Shown here in pieces: positions 58,121 to 64,000 of a stretch of DNA of 64,000 nt. How positions within the stretch are numbered: position 1 is the first letter of the stretch; each line of letters begins with the position of its first letter. The notes beneath the pieces were generated by a model that saw nothing but the letters and a program-made list of their open reading frames with translations, searched no databases and was not told the origin of the DNA. This DNA comes from Promethearchaeota archaeon (GTDB lineage: Archaea > Asgardarchaeota > Thorarchaeia > Thorarchaeales > Thorarchaeaceae). The translations under genes and the position numbers were made by a program. Where the stretch lies: positions 32,001 through 96,000 of the forward strand of contig JBHLPF010000002.1 in assembly GCA_048939765.1 (NCBI GenBank). Direction: 5' to 3'.

Positions 58121-59209
58121 CTAGCGTGTGATCTGATAGCTCTTGACCTGTTCGTACAATCTGTTAGCGCTTCCCTTCTTCTCAAAGTGCTCTCGAATTG
58201 GTCGAACCGCCCTATCCAGATAGATGGTCATGGCATTCTTTAGGTCCAGTGGATGGAGATCGCCAGCTATGTAGCTCTTCTCCAAGTCCTTATAGGTTAT
58301 GAACTCGGTGTCTCCTCCAAACTTCGGCTTTCTTTCCACAACCATGGAGTCGAATGACCTGAAGACTATGTGTTTTGCATAATCAAGTAGTGGATTGCCA
58401 ACAACTTCTTTCGGGGGGCAGTATGCTCCCATTATCTTCGAACGAATCTCATCTAGTGAGTCATGGACAAATATGCTTGAAGAGGGTTTGCTCTTGCTCA
58501 TCTTCGTCTGTATCATATGCCAGTCGCGTTCCGCCTCATCAAGTCCATCGGGCTCAATTGCTCCCTCGAGATTGACCAACATATGATGGCTTATCACAAC
58601 AGGTTTCCAAAGACCTAGCTTTGGACCGACTTCCCGTGCAAGTATGTTTGCTCTCCGTTGATCCATGCCAAGCTGGGTAATGTCAGCCTTGAGGTGAAAG
58701 ATATCTGATGCTTGCATCACAGGGTAGAAGTACTGTGCGACTTCTGACATCTCTCCCTCTCTTCTTCCCATGATTGTCAATGCACGCGTTGCTCTAGCCA
58801 CAGTGGTGACTTTTGCAATCCTCACTACTCTCTCCCAATAGTCAATGGAGTCCATCGCATCGGATGCAAACAGGAACTCGACGCTGTTGCTAGGAACCCC
58901 AGCAGCTTTCCAGACCTCAATGAAATATTCCCCTGTAGTCTTTATTTTATCTAGGTCACCACCCATCTTGTTATTGATCCATGCGAACCAATCAGCAAGC
59001 CAAATCTTGAATCTGACTCCGGCTTTGATGAGGTCCTTCAGCAAGAGTGGTCGATACACTCCGAATGGAAGATGTGCCATGCCTGATGGCTCGAACCCAT
59101 CATAAGCAATTGGATTCTTTTTCTCTTCCAGCAATTGCCGAAGCTCCTTCTTGGTGACTATCTCTTCTCCAACTCCGGCGATTAGTTTGAAGCGTTGTTC
59201 GAGGTCCAT
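58121..59209 (-). CDS. tyrS: Tyrosyl-tRNA synthetase (archaeal type)
   Basis: EEIVT, AYDGFEPSG.AH, ADWFA.IN.K, YPVMQASD, GMDQR, KMSKS, AYCP, LHPLDLK. Confidence 0.96.
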   Translation of the reverse strand: MDLEQRFKLIAGVGEEIVTKKELRQLLEEKKNPIAYDGFEPSGMAHLPFGVYRPLLLKDLIKAGVRFKIWLADWFAWINNKMGGDLDKIKTTGEYFIEVWKAAGVPSNSVEFLFASDAMDSIDYWERVVRIAKVTTVARATRALTIMGRREGEMSEVAQYFYPVMQASDIFHLKADITQLGMDQRRANILAREVGPKLGLWKPVVISHHMLVNLEGAIEPDGLDEAERDWHMIQTKMSKSKPSSSIFVHDSLDEIRSKIMGAYCPPKEVVGNPLLDYAKHIVFRSFDSMVVERKPKFGGDTEFITYKDLEKSYIAGDLHPLDLKNAMTIYLDRAVRPIREHFEKKGSANRLYEQVKSYQITR

Positions 59210-59426
59210 GCTTTGAAAAGAACATGTGATGTTCTTAACTGTTGCCCGAAGTTGAGGAGAAAGCTCCTCTAGCTGACACCTTATTACTGTACGAAGTACA
59301 CTGTATAAAGCTAGGACGCAAAGCAGGAGGAACGTGATGAAACACACTAAGGCTAAAGCTCCACACCAGACCAGCACTGACTCTCCAGTACCCCAGAGAG
59401 TCTGGGGATTTGAGGGATGTGGTGCG

Positions 59427-59633
59427 ATGTGGACATTCTATTCTGACAGAGAACAAGCCATTGAGTCTGCAATGGACAACCGAGTCCATGAGCTTGAAGT
59501 CTACGAGGCATTCTCTTTGGATAATACACGACGCCATGAGATGGGATATCCAAGCATCACATTCAAGCAGTTTTTAGATTGCGTGAATCGTCAAACTCGT
59601 TGTGTTCCTGAGGACATAGACTGCATGGAGTAG
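59427..59633 (+). CDS. Small hypothetical protein (68 aa)
   Basis: ATG preceded by GAGGGATGTGGTG; protein-like composition. Confidence 0.5.
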   Translation: MWTFYSDREQAIESAMDNRVHELEVYEAFSLDNTRRHEMGYPSITFKQFLDCVNRQTRCVPEDIDCME

Positions 59634-59899
59634 CTATGTGCTATGTCATTCCTTCCCTCATAAAGGTGACAAGTATCGAGTTCGCTTCAAAGAAGTCTGT
59701 TTCCGCCCTTTTTGCAGACTCTTCTGCTGCGTTTTGAGCGTCGGCTAGAGTCATCCTCTCTTATCTTCTTATCTCCATAGATGATACTTGATATGCAATG
59801 CACATGAAGCCTGACAAATGACTTGTTCATGTTACACCTATTCCAACGGTGCAGTAGTGTTTATAGGCCAATCCACTACTGCTCCGTGATTGGTGGCAA

Positions 59900-61231
59900 T
59901 TGATGTCTGATGCTGAATCCAGAAATCATCTCTCTGTCTTCTGGGACTTCGAGAACGTCCATGAAGACTTTGGCACACATAGAGAGCTGACTGAGCGGAT
60001 TCGTGAAGCTGGAAAAGTCGTGAAGGCTTACGCCTTTGCTGATTGGACCAATCGACGGCGAATGGCGGAGGAGCTACATAACCTAGGCTACGACGTAATC
60101 CACGTGCCTGACAGCAGAGACAATGCTGCAGATTACAAGATGGCCGCATATATCATGGATCATATGGTCCATTACCCTGAAACAACCTGTTATGTCATAA
60201 TCACAGGTGATGGCGATTTCAAGCTCATCGCAGGAGCAATCCGGCAACGCGGGCTTGGTCTTTGGATCATAAGTAATCCAATCATCACGGCAAGTGAGCT
60301 CACTGACCTGGCAACCAAATATACTGACATACATTCTTTCAGGAGAATATCATTGGACTGTCCTGAAATCGGAGATTGCCAAGAGCGGGTTCGAAGTATT
60401 ACTGAGATGAGACGCATTATGGGCGGGAAGCTTCATGATGCAATCCAGACAATAATAGAGGCAGGGAATAAACCAGGCATTGGAAATGTGAAGTATGTCA
60501 TGTCTTCACTCAATCCAAGCTTTAACGAGAGAGAGCTGGGATTTCTGAGTTGGAATGAGTTTGTGAGATGGGCTGAATCTGAGGGCTATATTGTCAAGGA
60601 GGGAGAACTACCAAGCACTATTTTGAAGCTCCCCGACACACTCTCAGATGATATGTCGAAGCTCTCTGAAGAAAACAGAGAGGCCTTTGCCTTCCTTGTT
60701 CGAGTGGTCGAGGAAGGAATTGATGAAGGGCACCCCTTCACTCTACCCAAATTAAATGAAGAACTCCAAGAAAGAGGCTTGGACATCTCAGAAGTAGGCT
60801 TCAGTAATCTACCCGATTTTGTATTCTCTGCGGAGAAGAGAAGCCTTGTCCGTGTAATGCCCTATGGAGAAGAAGAGGTAGTGGTCCTCCCGTATTGCAG
60901 GGTTGATCGAGTTCGTGAATGGTTTGAGAAGAATGTTAAACGACTCTACGGAGAGTCTGTGAATGTTCCAAAGGATCTTTTCCTCGAAAAGATCAGAAAC
61001 ATGCTACTGGAGAATGGTAGCACTCTACCGCAAATGGAAGCCTTTCTCCAAGATGAGAAGATAAGACAGGAATACCAGAGCATTTTAAACGCCAGTGATA
61101 TTCCCTTTCTGCCACCATATCAAATGACCTTGACGCATGTGCTGTTGGGCAAAGGTCATAGCTGTAATGAAACCCTAGTAAAGGTCAATGAGGAACTAAG
61201 CCCTCTTGGAATTACCTTGGAATGCCCCTAA
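59900..61231 (+). CDS. NYN (PIN-like) nuclease with two OST-HTH/LOTUS domains
   Basis: FWDFENV, YAFADW, NAAD, ITGDGDF acidic tetrad; PSFNERELGFLSWNEFV and LDISEVGFSNLPDFV repeats. Confidence 0.88.
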   Translation: MMSDAESRNHLSVFWDFENVHEDFGTHRELTERIREAGKVVKAYAFADWTNRRRMAEELHNLGYDVIHVPDSRDNAADYKMAAYIMDHMVHYPETTCYVIITGDGDFKLIAGAIRQRGLGLWIISNPIITASELTDLATKYTDIHSFRRISLDCPEIGDCQERVRSITEMRRIMGGKLHDAIQTIIEAGNKPGIGNVKYVMSSLNPSFNERELGFLSWNEFVRWAESEGYIVKEGELPSTILKLPDTLSDDMSKLSEENREAFAFLVRVVEEGIDEGHPFTLPKLNEELQERGLDISEVGFSNLPDFVFSAEKRSLVRVMPYGEEEVVVLPYCRVDRVREWFEKNVKRLYGESVNVPKDLFLEKIRNMLLENGSTLPQMEAFLQDEKIRQEYQSILNASDIPFLPPYQMTLTHVLLGKGHSCNETLVKVNEELSPLGITLECP

Positions 61232-61256
61232 AAGAATGAAAACGGAGATCACATGA

Positions 61257-62345
61257 ATGTCTGATGAAGTATACGAAAGACTTGCTGCAACTCTAGACAA
61301 AATCCCAAATGGATTTCCCCCGGTCCCAGATAGGAGTCACATCAAGCTGCTCAAGTGGATTTTCGAGGAGTCCGAGGCCGATTTGGCGAGCCAGATGAAG
61401 CTGATGGGTGAAACCATTGAGGACCTGAGTACTCGACTTGACCGGGACTCTGCGTCTCTAAAGGAACTGCTGGAAACAATGGCACGTAAAGGCCAGATTC
61501 GGGCTTGGAACTCCAGCACTGGAAGAAGGTACGCCCTAATTCCATTTGCCGTGGGAATATATGAAGAGCAGGTGGGCAGAATGGACAAGGAGTTTGCCCA
61601 GCTTTATGAAGACTATTACAATACAGTGAAAGGTGTTGGTGACATGTTCTCTACTGAACCTCCGATCTTCAAGGTAATCCCTGTCAACAGGGCTGTAGAA
61701 ACTGACCTTGAAATCTATCCGTATGAGAGGGCGGAGCATCTCATTGAAACCGCAAAATCTTGGGGTGTAAGGGAGTGTATCTGTAAGAGGCAGAAAGAAC
61801 TAATGGGTGAGCCCTGCAGCTATCCGACTTCTGTTTGTATCATGATTGCTCCCAAGAAAGAGCATGCCTACGATGACGACGAGCTTACGAAAGTAGTCAC
61901 CAAAGAGGGAGCTCTGAGAATCCTGAAGGATGCAGAGGAGGCTGGACTTGTTCACTGCAGCATGAATATTCAGAGCGGTCAGACATACCTCTGCAACTGC
62001 TGTACCTGCTGTTGTGGTGTACTAAGAGGACTCACAGAGCATGAACGACCCTACGCATTCGTCAAATCCGACTTCATGATTGAGGTCGACGATGATCTTT
62101 GCACAGGGTGTGGCACATGTGTGGATAGATGTCAATTTGCTGCACTTGATGTTCCTGAGGATATTAGCGTCGTAAACACAGATCGCTGTGTCGGGTGTGG
62201 CGTATGTGCCATATCCTGCCCTGAGGGTGCTCTTCAACTTGTGGCACGACCTGATAGAGGTGAGAAGGTACCACCGGAGAAGTTCATGGATTGGATGACA
62301 GAGAAAGCGATTTCCAGAGGAGTCGACCCGTCAGAATTGATGTGA
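61257..62345 (+). CDS. Cys-rich 4Fe-4S ferredoxin-domain protein
   Basis: CICK, CNCCTCCCG, CTGCGTCVDRC, CVGCGVCAISCP. Confidence 0.88.
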   Translation: MSDEVYERLAATLDKIPNGFPPVPDRSHIKLLKWIFEESEADLASQMKLMGETIEDLSTRLDRDSASLKELLETMARKGQIRAWNSSTGRRYALIPFAVGIYEEQVGRMDKEFAQLYEDYYNTVKGVGDMFSTEPPIFKVIPVNRAVETDLEIYPYERAEHLIETAKSWGVRECICKRQKELMGEPCSYPTSVCIMIAPKKEHAYDDDELTKVVTKEGALRILKDAEEAGLVHCSMNIQSGQTYLCNCCTCCCGVLRGLTEHERPYAFVKSDFMIEVDDDLCTGCGTCVDRCQFAALDVPEDISVVNTDRCVGCGVCAISCPEGALQLVARPDRGEKVPPEKFMDWMTEKAISRGVDPSELM

Positions 62346-62415
62346 ACAGCGCTCAATCCGATAATCAGACACATGCTTTAAGAGGTCCATATGTGACTAA
62401 GGAGCGAGGCTCCTT

Positions 62416-63387
62416 ATGACAGTCCACTCTGAAGAAGGAGAAGAAAAATCACCTGCTCGGCGTCGGTCAAAACGGTACATACCGAATCTTGCCGAGTTCT
62501 ACTTCGAACCCACATATGACTGGACAATAGAGGAAGCCAGAGCGCTCTATGACGCTCGTGTTGGATTTGCGCAGGGAATCGAGCTGAACACAGTATTCTA
62601 TGAGGACTGCATTCAGGGTATGGGAAGGCTTCCAGAAGGTTCTATTGACTTAGTGATAGCAGATCCTCCCTTTGGTATTGACTTCAACGGGAAAAGCAGT
62701 GTATACAACAGAGATGAGAGGCTAGTTGTTGAAGACTACGAAGAGGTGAACGAATCCTATGTTGAATTCACGAAAAGATGGATTCGTGAGCTGCCACGAC
62801 TACTCAAGGATGAAGGATCTATCTACATCTTCAGTGGATGGACGAATCTAGAACCCGTTTTGAGTAGTGCAAGAGAGATCGGACTCTCAACACTGAATCA
62901 TATAGTCTGGCACTACCCATTTGGAGTATTCACCAAGAGGCGATTCGTCACTAGTCACTACCACGTCCTGCTGTTGGTCAAGAATCCAAAAAGCTACTTC
63001 TTCAACAAGATAGAACACTATCCTGAGGATGTATGGCCGGTAAAACGCAGGTATCGAGCCGGAGAAATCAAGAACAGTACTAAACTTCCATTAGAAGTGG
63101 TGAGTAGATGCATTGACTACTCCTCTAAGCCCGGAGACCTAATCCTTGATCCTTTCATGGGCAATGGCACCACAGCTGTTGCTGCAAAGACGAGCTGGAG
63201 ACACTATGTCGGATATGAGATTAATGAGCGGCTTAAACCAGTGATTGAATCTGAAGTATCCTCAGTGGCTCCGGGTGAATGCTTTACACCCTATGCCATC
63301 CGTCTTCCAACAATCGATGAGCTAGCAGAGGCATATCCAAAGGCCTATCGTGAGTACCTTCGAAGAGAGAAGGAGGGGAAAAGGTAA
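62416..63387 (+). CDS. N4-C/N6-A DNA methyltransferase, beta class (orphan in this window)
   Basis: Motif IV IADPPF precedes motif I LDPFMGNGTT; YVGYEI. Confidence 0.92.
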   Translation: MTVHSEEGEEKSPARRRSKRYIPNLAEFYFEPTYDWTIEEARALYDARVGFAQGIELNTVFYEDCIQGMGRLPEGSIDLVIADPPFGIDFNGKSSVYNRDERLVVEDYEEVNESYVEFTKRWIRELPRLLKDEGSIYIFSGWTNLEPVLSSAREIGLSTLNHIVWHYPFGVFTKRRFVTSHYHVLLLVKNPKSYFFNKIEHYPEDVWPVKRRYRAGEIKNSTKLPLEVVSRCIDYSSKPGDLILDPFMGNGTTAVAAKTSWRHYVGYEINERLKPVIESEVSSVAPGECFTPYAIRLPTIDELAEAYPKAYREYLRREKEGKR

Positions 63388-63446
63388 AGCCTTGTACTCA
63401 ATTGCAGATGTGAAGGACACCAGAGGAATAGAATGGAGGCCAAGCA

Positions 63447-64000
63447 TTGAGTGCTGAAGACATCTACGACCTTCTCGATAAATCAGAAGATAGGCTGGCA
63501 GATGTGAGTGCAGCGAGTGATGTCTTCGACAGACAGTTTGGTTCAGAGCTGGTCAATTGGGAGCTTAAGCTGCAACAGCAGTTCAAGCATCGGATATCTG
63601 GAGCTAGATATCACTACCATGGGTTTGTTCGATATACCTCCGTTAAGTCCCGCTTTCTTCTGACTCCAAGTCCATGGCTGGTTGAAGGTATTTTCATCGA
63701 GCTGCCTGATGATGTTGAACCCCCAAATGAAGGTGCAAGGATTGAGGTCACAGGTAAACGGGTCGCTCTCCCAGACTACTTGGAGCGCAACAAGCCTTCT
63801 CCAGCCGCAATATTGGCTGATTCCATCGAGCTATCGACAGAAGACTATCTAGCAGACATACATCCACCCATGAATCTCAAGGGCCTCTCTCGTCTATTGT
63901 TTGAAAATGTCGGTATGGCTGAGGCAAGCAAGCAGGTGTTCGCACGTCTATTCGTATCAAGCCCTCCCTTTCAGGAGAGTGTGGGGGGCCTTACTGCGGG
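63447..64000 (+). CDS. Hypothetical protein, 3'-truncated by the window edge
   Basis: TTG after GGAGG; open to the window end (MSAEDIYDLL...SSPPFQESVGGLTA). Confidence 0.7.
   Translation, partial: MSAEDIYDLLDKSEDRLADVSAASDVFDRQFGSELVNWELKLQQQFKHRISGARYHYHGFVRYTSVKSRFLLTPSPWLVEGIFIELPDDVEPPNEGARIEVTGKRVALPDYLERNKPSPAAILADSIELSTEDYLADIHPPMNLKGLSRLLFENVGMAEASKQVFARLFVSSPPFQESVGGLTA

Noticed and set aside
59210-59377. Hydrophobic signal-like N-terminal extension on TyrRS
   Set aside because: Family similarity begins at MDLEQR (59209); the extension crosses the divergent promoter region and looks like chance open frame.
1-64000. tRNA, rRNA, CRISPR arrays, IS elements, integrases
   Set aside because: No intergenic gap showed a cloverleaf, repeat-spacer periodicity or transposase/integrase motif on inspection by eye; a tRNAscan/Infernal run would be needed to exclude small RNAs.

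Overview
Gene-dense archaeal chromosomal window, most likely from an Asgard archaeon (Thorarchaeia-like). The assignment is inferred from a bona fide actin (49258-50397), a Rab-like GTPase, archaeal information-processing genes and heavy use of TTG/GTG starts. Left to right it holds: a heterodisulfide-reductase locus (HdrA-MvhD fusion, hdrC, hdrB, convergent with DUF2096 and a second HdrA); membrane proteins and an ABC exporter; a catabolic operon (SCP2, 2-hydroxyacid dehydrogenase, LsrK-like FGGY kinase, class II aldolase, AOR, AEC transporter); the proteasome/exosome superoperon (psmA-SBDS-rrp4-rrp41-rrp42-rpl37ae-Brix-pcc1-pfdB-DUF3194-DHH, without rpoP) followed by an ECF module; histidine utilisation genes; and t6A/THUMP tRNA-modification and lipid head-group genes. 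The most unusual stretch is about 44-57 kb: an FG-GAP/BBS2-like beta-propeller, a miniaturised PriL-CTD-like Fe-S protein, an HD dNTPase, a wHTH-CARF-like regulator plus Mini-III-like RNase III operon divergent from actin, a covarying hairpin repeat, a pseudo-histidine kinase, a GTPase with a degenerate G3 motif and a Pro-rich zinc-ribbon/coiled-coil protein. The right end has an internally deleted IMPase/HisN pseudogene, TyrRS, a NYN-LOTUS nuclease and an orphan DNA methyltransferase. No rRNA, tRNA, CRISPR array or transposase was recognised. All family calls come from motif recognition by eye, not from database searches.
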